Positions 41,164-57,778 of a stretch of 64,000 bases of DNA are shown here, piece after piece. The DNA comes from the human T2T-CHM13v2.0 reference genome, Homo sapiens. Under the pieces are notes generated by a model, which saw only the letters and a program-made list of their open reading frames with translations, made no database searches and was not told the origin of the DNA. The stretch is from the NCBI RefSeq assembly GCF_009914755.1, contig NC_060927.1. The stretch is one strand, 5' to 3'. The translations under genes were made by a program, and so were the position numbers. Positions within the stretch are counted from its first letter, which is position 1. Every line of letters begins with the position of its first letter.

Positions 41164-44100
41164 CTCCCCTTCCTCAGGGCTCTAACCACATCATGCACAT
41201 AACTCAATTGTAGCCTGTATCACATGGTGCTCTTAAAATTTTAATTCCTAATTATGAATGCTGCTAAGTGGACAACTTGTTTTTATATTAGGCCTGTAAA
41301 TTTATGTCTTTGTAAAGATTATTATATTTAAAGATGTAGTAACTCAGAGAAGTAAAATGAGTTGACAATTTCAGTTAAGCAACCCATCCAGAAATAGAAT
41401 ACTATTGCTACTCTGTCTTTGCTATATGGGGGTCTGTTTTTAAAAATACACATTTCGGGATCTAATAATTGCCTTGTTATTGTTGCTGTTGTACTAACTA
41501 GTGAGTTTGTCAGTTCTTTGGATTTTGTAGTTTCTATGCTGTTGTTAGGCACTTGAGTAAATTACTGCACAGCCACAATAATCTTCAATATCTTATAATT
41601 ATGAATACTGTGAAAATATTCATTTAACTTGCAAAAATAGTGAAACATAAAACATATTTTGTTTTGATTTTTTTCCTACTGTTTCTTGTATTTTATCCAC
41701 AATGGCAGAAGGATTTTCACTGCTTTCCTAGATGTTCCAAGGAATAATTCCATATTTATTCATGAGGAAACAAAATGAGTTTAGCTGAACATAAATCTTT
41801 TCTTAGTAAAGATGGCATATCCTGATTTGAAATAACTATTTTGAAGACTCTTCTTTCTAGAAAATATATTTTTTTAATTTTTCAGAAAATATTCTATTCT
41901 CTCACATGAATGTTTAACAAATATTTTGTACATATTTATTAAGTGTAATTTCCAGAGGCAATATATATATAATCATACATATAAATACTTATATAATAAT
42001 GTATTAAATGAGTTACTTAATGAAATTTGTGTTTTTACAATACTTTCTTCCTCAGTCTGTAGTAACAAAAAGTATGATTTTGAAATAACAGTCACAATAT
42101 ACACACACCCCTATGCACATAACCATGAGTATATTCTTTTCTTGATATTTAAAAATAGGTATTGAATTTTATTCAATGTTGGTAAGATAATTGGTGACAA
42201 ATGGTAATTTTAAAAGCCCTTTATTTTTACTACACATAGACTGTTTTTCTTGTCCACTAGAAGAATCAGAATTTAAATGATATCCATGAAATAAATATTA
42301 CTTGATTGATAATATTACTTGTATCTTTTACATTAATTGGTCCTGAAATGTACAAAAAAAAACAAGATTTATTGTAGCTAGAAAGTGCAGATTCTATATG
42401 GATAATATAGGCAATTGTTTCTCTGATATTTAGGGTGATATAAAAAATCTGCCATACAGCCCTACTCTTTTACCTCAGCCCCACCCCTCAAGAACTAGAA
42501 GACAAAAACACTGTAGAGACACAGAGAGAGAGAGACAGGTTAGGTCACTAGATTGATATGAGTTGATTTTAGATAAAGCAGTTTCTTAGAGATAGTGGGA
42601 GGGAAATTGCCCTGGAGTTGCAGGAGTAGAAATGGGGATATTTGGAATACAATTATTAGAAGGGGTCAGTTCTGTGGAAATCTAGGGCATAAAAGAGAAA
42701 AAAGAAAGGAGAAAGGAGATGATAAAAAGAATATGTGTGATTAGGATAAAAAGAAATCCTATTTGCACTCTTGCCTGAAACTGATCTTCCCCTGAGGCTT
42801 GAGCATAATTAGAGGGCAAACAAGACAATTAGGACCTGCAGATTTATATTTTACATAGATCCCTGCTTAGCTACTTATTCTTTTATCTTTCCTCCAGGAA
42901 ATCCAAATATTCATGTTTTAAATCATGTCCTAACCTGTTTTTTGAGTTGGTATCTATAAAAGTACTTATTAATTATTTCTCCATAATGATGGTGTTAGAA
43001 AAAATAATATTTTAGTAGCAATTGCAATTTTACTGAGAGATGATTACATGAAACTTAATTATAAGGCAACCAGAATTGTGTTTATTTGATGAAAAATATA
43101 ATTTATACCAGCACTATTTATTAAAAATTAATGCTGAAAGAGATTGAGAAGTCATTACAGAACAAAAACACAAATGTCAAATCTTAAAGGGAAAGTGTGA
43201 CTAAATTTTAAGAGGATTTTAATGTGAAAAGTGTGTCTTAAAATCACAAATCCATGAAAGTCTTTTTGGAGGGATGTGGATCTCTAATAGTTCTTTTTTC
43301 TAGTGGGAGTAAAGATAGCTTATCCTTTGATGTTTAAGCTGTGAATGTTAATTGCTTTTTGGTATTATGGATAAGTAAATGCTCTGGGTGATGACATTTT
43401 ATAAATGATTTTGAACTTTATAATTCAACCTGGGCTTGCCCCTCTTATCTACTAGCATTAAGAACCAATATAGTATTTAATCAGCCTACCAGATTGTCCA
43501 TGATTTAGAGATGTGAACCTGCCCTGATGTATCTTCTTAGGGCTCCAAGGGATGGTTTTCAGGGGTGTACAGGAAAATTCTGAGCCAGTTCAGAAAAAAA
43601 AAAGACCTAAATTCTACATCCTAAATTTCCTGCTTTATAATTTAGATAAAACCTCTTAAGGATCTGGTTCTCTTTTTGTTAGGAGTTACATGTTTGAATA
43701 ATCCTTTAAGCTTCTATTGACTTTCAAAAGTTAAAAACTGAAATCTCTGGTTGAAGAACATAATTTCGAAACTAAAATTTTGAATTGCTTATCATTCATA
43801 AGTGGGTATCTCTCTGTAACTATGGTTCCTCATGGTATGCCAAAAGAACAGTAATTAGGTCATATGGTATGGGGCTGGGGCATAATGAACCAAGGGGTAT
43901 ATGTGTTTGTATATGTCACAGGTATGTACTTGCGTTTCCTTTCAAAGTTTTGCTTTTATTAAAACTGACTTTTTAAGTTAAAAACACCTTACTCCCTTAA
44001 ATGTTTATTGGGAAATAAAAAAAATATGACAGGCTTTCGAGTTTTGCATCATTGAAAATAGAGTAGTCCAAAGTCCAGGTTTATTTAGGTTTTATTGACA

Positions 44101-47100
44101 TTAATTTTTCACATCACTAGAAATGGAAAAAAAAATCAAACTTTCTGGTTCAACATGATTGAAACTGTATATGCAATTTATTTATATGTATGTAAGAGTG
44201 AAGCAAGAATGACACTTGATAATGAAGATCAATATAAGCAGCCATTCAAAGTCACCCATGGATAAAACATTAAGGCTGATTGTAGTTATGTGAAGAAAAG
44301 TTGTTTAAATTCAGATGTAGAAAAAATAATTATGATGGCTATAAACTCTGAAGAAAACTATGAGTGCAATGACTATTAGATATTATTTCAATATTATATT
44401 TTAAATAATGCATCTGGGTGATATATAGTGATACCTATAATTTGAGTATGTGACTAGATATAAGATTATGGCTAGTTATACTTGTTATGTGTACTTTGTT
44501 AAACATTATCATTATGAAGTTTATGTAGCAAATGAGATGAATAATTTTAATATATCAAAATTGTGTCTATGCTATCATTACAGCTCAGTAAAACATTTCT
44601 CACAAGTAAAGAATAGATTTTGCACGGGAAATTGTTGATAGATTAGGAAACCATAGTGAATTAACATTTTTTGCAAGGTAGACTTAAAATCAAAAGAAAA
44701 GAGTGAGGTCATAATTTTACACACAGTTAATATCACTTCTTTTCTATTTAATATGCCAAATTTGTGCAATATTTTACTAGTATTAATTTAAACATTTCTC
44801 TTTTGAAGTCTGCCTATAACTACTCATTTATTCTATTATATGGCCTCCTTTATTAATGTGACAGCCATTCACTGCACACTTCATGAAAGACTGGATAACA
44901 AAATGTTATTCATATTGAGGAATAAAGATATTTTAGGCAAAGCACTTATTGAACAATTATCCTGAATGAGTCAAGGGAGCAATGCCCCCATGAAACTAAT
45001 ACTCATGTGTATGTAAATAATTCAAAGTAGTTTTAGGATAAATTAGTCAAACATCATCCTCTGAGTTTGGTAGTTATTCTCACAATTTATCATTTGATCT
45101 AGGTTCATAATATATAGAGGCCTCAAGGCCCAGGCACCCATTAAGCTGGCAGAAATAGACTTATCATATGACTCCTTTTTCATCACTTATCCCTTATTCA
45201 TTCATATATATGTAATCTATTAACATTCCCATTACATCAAAATTATATCTTTTGCTCGTGTCTAAAATATACTATTCACATTTCTGAAAAAAAAGGATTA
45301 AACAAAACAGTAAATTGTTATATGCACATAAATCATTATTTCAATTAGGTTATATTATTTGTGATGCAGGATTTATATATAAACTTCAACTAATGCATAT
45401 AAAAATATTTCAGTAAATCCTTACTGTATAACCCCAGCAGAGGAAAAAACCCAAAGCACCTTATGATATCTTTATTATAGAATTATCATATTGCTGTAAT
45501 TGTTAATTATTTTTCCTATAATTTGGGGACTCCTGGTTATATTAGAAGTTATCTTAGTGACTGACATAGAAATAATGCTCACAAATTCTTACCAGAATAA
45601 CTTCCATGTTCTTTCCTGATGTAGCCAGTTAGCCACTTCCTTCAAATTTTAAAAATTAGTATAAAATAAAAGTATGTATTTTATAGTGGCAGAAGTTTTA
45701 TATGATAAAATTCATGCACTATGATTGTTCATGTATCTCACTATGTACAGAAAGTTTTCAATGGAAAGAAAAACAAAAACACCAACAAAAAGCAGATAGA
45801 ACCAGAAAAAATAATAATAATAGCAACAAAAATTCAGACAAAAATATAGGTAAGCAAAATACACCAAATCAAATAGCATAGTGATAATTTGATAGGCAAT
45901 ACAACTTGTAATAAAATATAATGACTCTGTACCTTTTTATGGATTAAAATAACATGCAAGTTTTTGAGAACATGCCACTGCTATTCAATGCAATTATAAT
46001 ACTTTGGGTTTTTTATTTGCTTGTCATGATTTTCAACATTTACATGATGTACAAGTTGAGGTTTATCTATAATTACCAAAATATTAAATATTAAACTGGA
46101 AACCCATGGAATTATTTTGTTTTAAGAAATTGCATATAGAACAAATACAAATTAATTGACATGTAAGTGAAAGAATTACACAAAACAATAAAATAATGGA
46201 AATTCAAACTAAAAACCAATATAGCAGGTCATATAGCCCTTATATAAACATTGGTAAGATTAGCATTTCTGAGACATCTTCTACTACCCTGGGATACTTA
46301 CATGGGTAATAATCAACAGTATTTCCTTTGCTATTGGCTTTAGGTGACCTGTTTTTTACAGTTTCATACATTTCAGTAGGGAATGAACTTTCTGAACGTT
46401 TTTCTCTCTCCCAACCAGTTTGCTTACCCCAGAAGAAATATTAAAAGAAAATGACTCTTAGAACATATACAAATGATGTTTTAAAAGCATATATCTTACA
46501 TACCTGTTTTAATAAAAAGGTACTAAAGTTAAATAAAGGTAGATTCAGCATGAAGGTACTAATTTAGATTATACTTTTGCTTTTGTATGTGAAAAACGAT
46601 TTGACTAGTGCTATCTTAGTATATTCTTGGTCTAATGAACTAAACACCATTTAATTTGACAATTTCTATTTGGTTTATGATGACTCCAGAGATTTAAAAA
46701 CAAAATGATGAATATGAGCGATAATTATTGGGGATTACTATACAAACCAATAATGTTCATTTTAAATAAGAGTTCACTGTATGTATTGAGCTGCATATCT
46801 TTATTAAGCCACATTAGATCTCATGATCAATCATAACTTGTCATGCATGGCTTACATTTTGACAGTAATTGCCATTGTATAAATGTTTGTTCATATTGCT
46901 TAACATACCTGAAAATTTATTATTGCTTTATAATGAAATTTTTATTTTTAAAAAAATTTATAAAATAACATGGTTTGCTTGCCCTAGAAATCATGACTAA
47001 TAATTAGAAGAATTTACCCTCTTATCAACTCCTACAGATTTTGTCTAAAAATTTGTATCAGCTAAGCAATTACGAATCTTACTTAAAGCTTATGTAAAAT

Positions 47101-47114
47101 AATTTATAATACAT

Positions 47115-47215
47115 TGTAGGAGATTGGTCAGGATGGTGGGAAAAATTGTAGAAAGATGTGTCTGAGTGCTTTTTTCATCTGTTGCTCAGTCAGGGTCTGC
47201 GGGTCGGACCCAGCA
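47115..47215 (+). mobile_element. Collapsed 101-bp LTR22 (HERV-K22/HML-5) solo LTR
   Basis: LTR22 5' end tgtaggagattggtcaggatggtgggaaaaatt fused to 3' end cagggtctgcgggtcggacccagca; 6-bp TSD atacat/atacgt. Confidence 0.85.
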
Positions 47216-47221
47216 ATACGT

Positions 47222-47560
47222 GACAATTAAATGAATTCTTGAAAATAAGCAATAGTAAAAGGCATTGGATATGCTGATATTGTATCAATGTTAAAATTCC
47301 TGTGTGTAAGAATTTCAATACAGCCAGGTAGGAGATAGTCCTTGTTTTCATAATGATAAATGCTAAAATATTTAGGGGTGCAGTGCTATCATACCTACAC
47401 ATAATTCTCATATGTTTCATTCCCAAATGATGTATGTGCAGAAGAGGCAGAGAGCGAAAAGGAAAGGTTAACAGTCAGTGAATGTTGATGAGGAGTACAC
47501 AGATTGCTATTTTGCTATTTTATTATTCCTGCAACTGTTTAAAATAAAAATTGGGAAAAA
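47222..47560 (+). mobile_element. Old L1M (L1MC4/L1ME-like) 3' end
   Basis: 'tattgtatcaatgttaaaattcctg...gtccttgtttt...aatatttaggggtg...tattcctgcaact'. Confidence 0.65.
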
Positions 47561-48514
47561 TGAAAGGCAAAAATATTTTTATAGATTCTATTAAATGCTT
47601 TCTTTTACAACATGTGGATGCTGGTGATTGTAAAAAAAAAAATCCATTGTTTCTATAGTTTTTTACTTTTGTAAAATACTTCCACAAGTTAATTTTCTTT
47701 TATATTCATATGAAACATCTATTAAAGAACAGAATAAAATAATCATTATTAAAGATTTGCCAAATTCCTGGTTTGTGACATAAATTAATTCATTTATTCC
47801 CTTTCAACTTTAAGAAACTGATGACACAGTTATGCTATTACTTTTTATAATGTAAGGAGGTAAAGACAAAGTGACTGAGTAACTAAACTCACAATGTTAA
47901 CAGTATAGCCTGAAATCAAAGTCAGTTCAGTTAAATCCCCAAAGCATAGAGTCTTAGCCTTGTTTCAAATATAAGCAAATTTGCACTTGCCAGAACTTAA
48001 TGTTCCTAGCTGTTTAGTGATCAGATGGGAGAAGAATGTCAATCACTTGAGTCTTAATCTTTATACTATTTCTGTTGGAAGTGATATTTGTGAGAATGGG
48101 TCCAAATGTAATTATTTTCAAATAGTTAGCCTAGCTGTATTGTTATAAAGATTATCCTATTTTTACAGATAGGTTGGAGAAAAACCAAATAAGTTTATAA
48201 CCTTTTCTGTGGTATTCTCAAAAGTGCCTACACAGTCTGCTAAAACATTATTCAGTTAGGCGTATTGGCATATTTATCCACATGATAGCTCTGGCCACGT
48301 CTAAAACAAGAGAAGCAGTAACGGAATTACCCCATTCATGATGACCAGTCAGTGGTAAGTATGGATTTCCACATTGTTGTTCAGCCAGGGAGAAGATTAT
48401 GAAATATGAAAGTAGCTGAATAGTGAGGGTACAGGAGATGGTAACTGTCCAATTCATGAGCTGCTTATAATACGAATCTCAGTCACCACATAAATCAACT
48501 ATGAAGACAGAAAC

Positions 48515-48636
48515 CTATGACACTATCTATGAGCATTAGATTTCTCCTCGGTAACTATGACACTACCTATGAACATTAGATTTATCCTTGGTAACTACGA
48601 CACTACCTATGAACATTAGATTTATCCTCGGTAACT
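48515..48636. repeat. 40-bp x3 minisatellite
   Basis: Consensus ctatgacactacctatgaacattagatttatcctcggtaa with 1-3 differences per unit. Confidence 0.95.
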
Positions 48637-50350
48637 CTACTTTGATAAATCTCAGAAATCCTTAGGTTCTTTAACATCAAATACACGTGAGGAAAACACC
48701 TTGCAAGATTTGAAATGAATGTTATGTAATTCTAATTTTAGGTTTTGTGTTTTTTTTAATCACCATGACTGGTATATGTTCAGTAGTATTTGCATTCATT
48801 GGTGCTTTTTTTTTCATGATTTAACAATAAACATTAGATTAAACCAATCTCGGCCTTACTTTGAACTGGTGCATTTAAATTGAAGGAATATTTGCACATT
48901 TATTCTTTTGGCTCAAGGTTTCCTGTACATTGTTTTTCATAATATAGGCATTTTATTTTTCTTACATATGATATACTACTTGTTATCTGAAAATTGCATC
49001 AAATAATAAATTACATAACAAAAACAACAAATCTTTCAATGCCATTCAGTTTTTTATTTGGCCTTTCAAGGCCATTCATTCAGTTTTTATTTCCATTTCT
49101 CCTGTTAGGTCTGCACACACTCACAGAAAGACCTCTTTCAGAAGTTTCAAAAAATAAGTAGTTGCAAAGACCGCTCCTTGAAAATACTAAGGCATTTCTT
49201 TGAAGATACTAGTATTTATGAGAGCCTAGTAAGAGACATTTATGCAAGTGTATTAAGTAAATTGCAAAATCAGCTTGCTCTATGAAGATCTAGGAATTTC
49301 CTAAATCAAGCAGAGCCAAGTGTAGAGAAAAAGGCAATATAATAATTATCTGCTTTCTAGTCCTTCCTTTTAGCCCCTGGAGAAAATAGTAACCACTTTC
49401 TGTGTTAAACAAACAAAAAGAAGAAAAACAGCAAAACTGAAAGAAACTAACAAACAAATCCCCTCAATATTTGATTTCCAATTTGTGAACCACTCCAATA
49501 CAGATAATTCTGAGAAGCATGTAACAACCAATAAGAAAACCTAGTATGTTTGCTTTAAAGTCATAGACTAGTTTTCAATGGATAGTCAACTAGCATTGGA
49601 AATAAAAGAGTAAGATCAATGTTGTATAAATTATTGGAGGAATAGACAACGGGTCTCCAGAGAAGTATCTGTTGGTTGAGATTAAGATTAGTATATTTGT
49701 GTGGGAAGATAACTTTATCTGCTTTGGGGTATAAGAAGGGATAATATATTGTTAGTTGGCATTGAAACACCCATCTTCATGTTTTAGGCCCATTTCAAAT
49801 ATCTACCATTGTCTGTGGTAACTCCTAGTAACTTCGTAATATAAACTTCTTTTTGAAAAGTAAATGATACATATTTTAAAATTGAAAGCTGAATTGCTAA
49901 AAAAAGAATGATATATTTAAAAGACTTCCAAAGTGAAACTCCAAGCATACACTAAATTAACAGCCTCCACAAAAAATGGGCAGATGGCAGAATAACCAAG
50001 GAGGTCAGATGAGGTCCAATTTTATTTCTAAATAACTAAGTGAAATAAAACATGTTCTGTGTAGCAACTCTTTTTTTACTACTGGGAGCAGTCTATGTGT
50101 AACAGACTATCACTGTCTCATTTCAAACTGTCTTCGATTCAGAGTTGTGTACAATTTCTGCCTCCTCAATGATCATTTACAGTGTCAACTCTTTCTCTCA
50201 TCACTCCACCCTCCCTCCAACCCTCAGAGGTTCAGAGCAACTTAACTTGATACAGGCAGAGTTATAAAGACTATGCAAAGATCGTACAGAATTAACAGGA
50301 GCACTTTCAACAGATGCTGCTAGCCAGAATGGAGCTAAGGTTTAGTGACT

Positions 50351-50686
<336 letters not shown>

Positions 50687-50954
50687 TCATCAGTGTCTCT
50701 TGCAGAAAACATGGATTTGCTCCCAAAGAATAGAGTGGTTTTCGTTAACTCTTACTAAACACACTCTTTATTCCAATGTAGTTCTTTCAAGTCTCTGTAA
50801 TGTATAAATTGTATTTGTATTTATTTACTTTTCTATATTCAACATTATACTCATATGTATACACATCATATACACACCCACACACATACTAATTTTATTT
50901 TCTCCTTTTCACCTCATATTATTAAATATTGTTTTATAACTCTATTTTAATGTT

Positions 50955-51328
50955 CTATCAGTGAGGTCAGGCTGCCATAACAATATACTACATGATGGGT
51001 GACTCAAACAATGTACATTTATCATCTCACCGTTCTGGAATACGGAAGTCTAAGATCAACATGCCAAAAGGGTTGGTTTCTGGTGAGGCTTCTCTCCTTG
51101 GTTTGCAAGTGGCTGCCTTCTCCCTGGATCTCATACAACCTTTCCTCTGTGCATGCATGGAGACAAATTTCTCTGGTGTCTCTTCCTCTTTTACAAAAAC
51201 ATCAATTTTTATCATATTAGAACTGCACTCTTATGACCTCATTTAACCTAATATCTGCAAATACAGTCATATTGAAGGTTAAGGCTTCAACGTAAGAATT
51301 TTGAGGAGAAAAAATTTAGTACAGAGCA
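50955..51328 (-). mobile_element. MLT1A/B MaLR LTR
   Basis: 'ggctgccataaca...ttctgga...ggttggtttctggtgaggc...tatgacctcatttaacc...gcaaatacagtcatatt'. Confidence 0.85.
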
Positions 51329-51941
51329 AATGGTTAAATCAAAGAGCTATTATAATATTTGACTAACCATTATCTTATGATTTCAAATGATTTTAAAATT
51401 TATTATAATTAAAATAATGTTGAATTTAGATACATTGCGTGTTTTTCACGTAGGTCTTAGTATTTACATATGCTACACTCTAAGGTCCTTGATGCATATT
51501 GTATAATTCATTACCAGAAATAATGAATTGATTTACTTTCCCACTCATGGGCCTTTAGGGTGTCCAAGAAAACCAAAATAGTAAGTGCAAGAATAAGATA
51601 GGGAAGTGGCTTATATTTCTATGTCTCTCTTCCAAATCCATATCTGGACATGCCAGGAAAGCAAGTGAGAGTTAACTGAATCCAAGAATATGTCAAATGT
51701 ATAAAACATCAAGTAGTTTAAGAAAAGTAAATATTTTTTAAAAACTGTAAAAATAGATTTTAAAATGTCATTTGTATTGGTTGGAGTACATGCTAAGCTG
51801 TTATAATTAAGAAATGCAATATAGCGATTTAAATAAGAAAGAAGTTTATTTCTCTCTTATATAAGTTTAGAGAATTTGGGGGGCAGTTCAGCACTTAGAA
51901 ACTCTTCCCTACATGGGTAGCTGGAGACCCAGATGGTCAGA

Positions 51942-52449
51942 TGCAGGGGTCTGCCCCCAGACCCTGACCCAAATGATGGATGAATGAAGTACACAGACAC
52001 ACAGATATTGTTCTTTGCCAGTCCAGCTGAGTGGGCTGAGTGTCCCGGCCACTTACAGACCCCAAGCAGAGTGCTGTAAACAGTTGCAACCATGCCCCCG
52101 ACTTGCCAGCAAGAGTAGCATTTACTCAGCAAAGATTAATTGACATAGGTCGTGAGTAACACCACTAGAGGGTAATTGACATTTTGGACTTCCCCAGTAG
52201 AAAGCAATTAAGCACCCTCCGTAGATCAAAGGTTAGTCTTACCACCACATGAGTAAACAAGCTAGCTAGGTAACTTCCCCACGTTACTTTATACCCACTT
52301 TAAGCTATTTACTCAAGCTAAAGATCAGGTTGCCTTCAGCCATAACCCTTACTAAAGCTATGCAAACTTCTTGGACTTCCAAGAAGGTTTGTGACTATTT
52401 CTATAACTATCTTTAATATTTTTGCCACTGGCCTGATTGAACTTCCACA
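51942..52449 (-). mobile_element. LTR22-family (HML-5) solo LTR, full length, inserted in an old MLT1 fragment
   Basis: Termini homologous to the 47115 element; 'aaaccttcttggaag' motif on the minus strand; TSD gtcaga/atcaga. Confidence 0.85.
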
Positions 52450-52489
52450 ATCAGACTAAATGTCCTTCAGTATATAGTTTTACATTAGT

Positions 52490-54770
<2,281 letters not shown>

Positions 54771-55169
54771 GACTCTTGAGTCAATTAGATAATTTGTTGC
54801 ATTCTGAGTATGTGACTTCTATCTTTGCATCAAAAATGTTTTCCTCCAATTAACACCTTCTTAGACAACAGGATTGGCTGTGAGAAAATCTAGGGCCAGC
54901 AGCCCATCAAGGAAGTTTCACATATCACATCCTCTCATATCTCATTGGTTTAAAATTGCTATCATGGCAATACATAGCTGCAAAGGTGGTTGAGAATGTA
55001 ACCTGTAGCTGAGAAACTATATTTCTTTTCAAAAGTCCAAGAATTCTATTACTAATTCAAAGGTTTTTATCTACCACATCTATAAAAGTGCTGATGTTTT
55101 CTTCTTTGGGACGGAAATTAATATAGTTTAACATTTTTTCTACAAGTACTACTGTTCTCTGCTCACTTG

Positions 55170-55620
55170 ACATATACAATATATTTATAATCTGGTACCC
55201 CAAATATGGAATAATACAAATTATTTGCAAGAAGTTATTTAGTACGTCTAAAAATTAATCACGGTCTTTGTCATAAAGTAAGTTTCAATAAATATCAGAG
55301 AATTGAAATTATAGAATCCTGTCTCTCTGATCATAGTGAGAGAAACTAAAAATAAGAAGAAATAACTAGACAAAAACTCTGTTTTCAAATTTTAAAAGCA
55401 TTGCACTTCACATAAATAATGACGCTACAATAAAGAATAATTAAAATTAGAAAATACTTTTAACAATTATATAAAACACACATGGGATGAAGCTAATGGA
55501 GAACTTCATATCAGTTGAGTACATAAGGAAGGATAAAATTCTGAAAACAATAAGTGAAGTGTTCATTATAAGAACTCAGGAAAAAAAACAGCAAAATTAA
55601 AAAGATCAATACAAACTTTG
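55170..55620 (+). mobile_element. Old L1 ORF2 (endonuclease-region) fragment
   Basis: 'gtcataaagtaagtttcaataaat...attgaaattatag...tctctgatcatagtg...tgggatgaagctaa'. Confidence 0.65.
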
Positions 55621-55949
55621 GTGTTCTATAATGAAGCCTTTTCTCCAGCATGCTCTTATTTCTCTCAACTTCTAAAAACAAATGAAAATATAACCTACCA
55701 TTATAATTGTTTTTTCTAACAAGTATCTCAAAATGTATGTGCCCAAATCTGAACTCTAGACTGTTCATCTTATTGTTATCTTCATTTCAGTAAAAGTTAA
55801 CTCTATTGTACCAGTCACTGATGACAAAAATTTTGATGGGCAAGTTGACTTCTCTCTTTCACCTCTTCTATAGCTGATTCATATACAATATTTTCTCTTT
55901 TGGCTTCAGACTAAATCTGGAATCTGATAATTTATTAATAGTTTTATAC

Positions 55950-57172
55950 AGTTAAAAAGGAACAAATTACTGATAAGAACAATATCACAAATAATTCAAA
56001 AAAATTATGCTGAAAGTGAGAAGATAAAAGTAAAACTGCACATACTTTGTGATTCTATTTATATAATATCCAAAAATTAGTCTATGACTTAAAAAATCAG
56101 AAGGGTTATGAGGCAACTTTCTGGTATGAAAAGTTTATATATATTGATTGAAGTGTGGGTTAGCCAGGTATAGGCACAATTCAAAATTCACTGAATTGCA
56201 CTATTAAGATTTGTTCATTTCACTTTACATAATTTTTACCTAAAATGATGAAAATGAGTATTCAGTTAGTAAGTTTACTTTTGATGATGAGATATATTAG
56301 CATTCCTAAAACTACCATTTGTTATACTGAGCTTGAGGAAATGAGTAAATGTACTGATGATAATAAAAGTTATTTTTCTTAATGTGGCAAGAAGAGTTAA
56401 AATACGGAAGTAGAAATGCTAGCATTAAATCTATATTGTAGCACTGCAGTTGGAGGCATTGGTACAGACTCATGATACACACAATCTATGTGTGTGTGTA
56501 TGCGTGTGTTCATATATATCTTCTCCTGTCTCTGTTTACTAAAAATATCTAAAAAGAATGCTATTTCAATGGCAATAAGCATCCAACACTAGTTTTCTAA
56601 ATACAATTCAACATCAAAATGAACCAAGAGTAACAGGTGGTTACAGGCATGTGGCTGGCAAAGCTAAGATGAACCTGGTACTTAATTTAGCACTGGCAAG
56701 TAAAGAAGTGCCTAAAGAGATATAAGGACATGTCAAAAGGACACAAAATTTAACTTACAGAGGCTTCAACAGACAAATTTGGGACAATTCAAACATTAAA
56801 ATAAATAACCAAATTTTAATAATAACTCATTGAAATAAATAAGAACTTATGAAATCATATTGATATAATGAATAAATAAATGGCACAAAAATAAAAGCTC
56901 TTTTTATAGTTGAGTGGAAACTAATACATATAGTAGGAATGTGGAAGCCAGAAAATCATCAATGAATGATAAGATATCCAGAAAAACATTGATAAGAAAG
57001 AGTATATTTAAGCATTCTTATAGTTTTCCACAGGAAATTGCTTATTAATTACAAAGGAAGAAATAATAACTTTACAGAAAATCTTTGTAGATGCTGCTTC
57101 AAGTGCTCAATGTTAACATCACCCATGCAGGGCAATAATGTGCCTTCTGAAATAACACACTGGGGAGGACAT
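55950..57172 (+). mobile_element. L1MC/MD-type 3' region; continues after the provirus at 62830-63690
   Basis: L1M 3'UTR motifs are continuous across the ACAT TSD. Confidence 0.65.
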
Positions 57173-57757
57173 TGAGAGGTGAAGCCAGCTGGGCTTCTGG
57201 ATCAGATGGAGACTTGGAGAACTTTTGTGTCTAGCTGAGGGATTGTAAATGCACCAGTCAGTGCTCTGTGTCTAGCTAAAGGATTGTAAATGCACCAATC
57301 TGCACTCTGTAAAAATGCACCAATCAGCACTCTGTAAAATGGACCAATCAGCGCTCTGTAAAATGGACCCATCAGCAGGATATGGGCAGGGCCAAATAAG
57401 GGAATAAAAGCTGGCCACTCGAGCCAGCAGTGGCAACCCGCTTGGGTCCCCTTCCATACTAAGGAAGCTTTGTTCTTTCGCTCTTCACAATAAATCTTGC
57501 TGCTGCTCACTCTTTGGGTCTGCACCAACTTTAAGAGCTGTAACACTCACTGTGAAGGTCTGTGGCTTCACTCCTCAAGTCAGCGAGACCACGAACCCAC
57601 CAGAAGGAAGAAACCTTGGACACATCTGAACATCTGAAGGAACAAACTCCGGACACACCATCTTTAAGAACTGTAACACTCACAGCGAGGGTCTGTGGCT
57701 TCATTCTTGAAGTCAGCGAGACCAAGAACCCACCAGAAGGAACCAATTCCAGACACA
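57173..57757 (+). promoter_or_regulatory. 5' LTR12F: CCAAT repeats, AATAAAA TATA-like box (~57403), AATAAA polyA signal (~57489), duplicated U5 repeats
   Basis: tgagaggtgaagccagctggg...ttccagacaca; three intact CCAAT boxes at ~57295, 57320 and 57344. Confidence 0.9.
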
Positions 57758-57760
57758 TTT

Positions 57761-57778
57761 TGGTGACCACGAAGGGAC
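57761..57778 (+). promoter_or_regulatory. Primer-binding site, tRNA-Arg
   Basis: TGGTGACCACGAAGGGAC just after the LTR end; one CpG-type change from the tRNA-Arg(TCG) complement. Confidence 0.85.

Noticed and set aside
41200-47100. Long AT-rich, repeat-poor block with isolated motifs (e.g. TGAGTCA near 44968)
   Set aside because: No exon, RNA gene or motif cluster can be supported by eye, and single short motifs are expected by chance. Conservation data would be needed.
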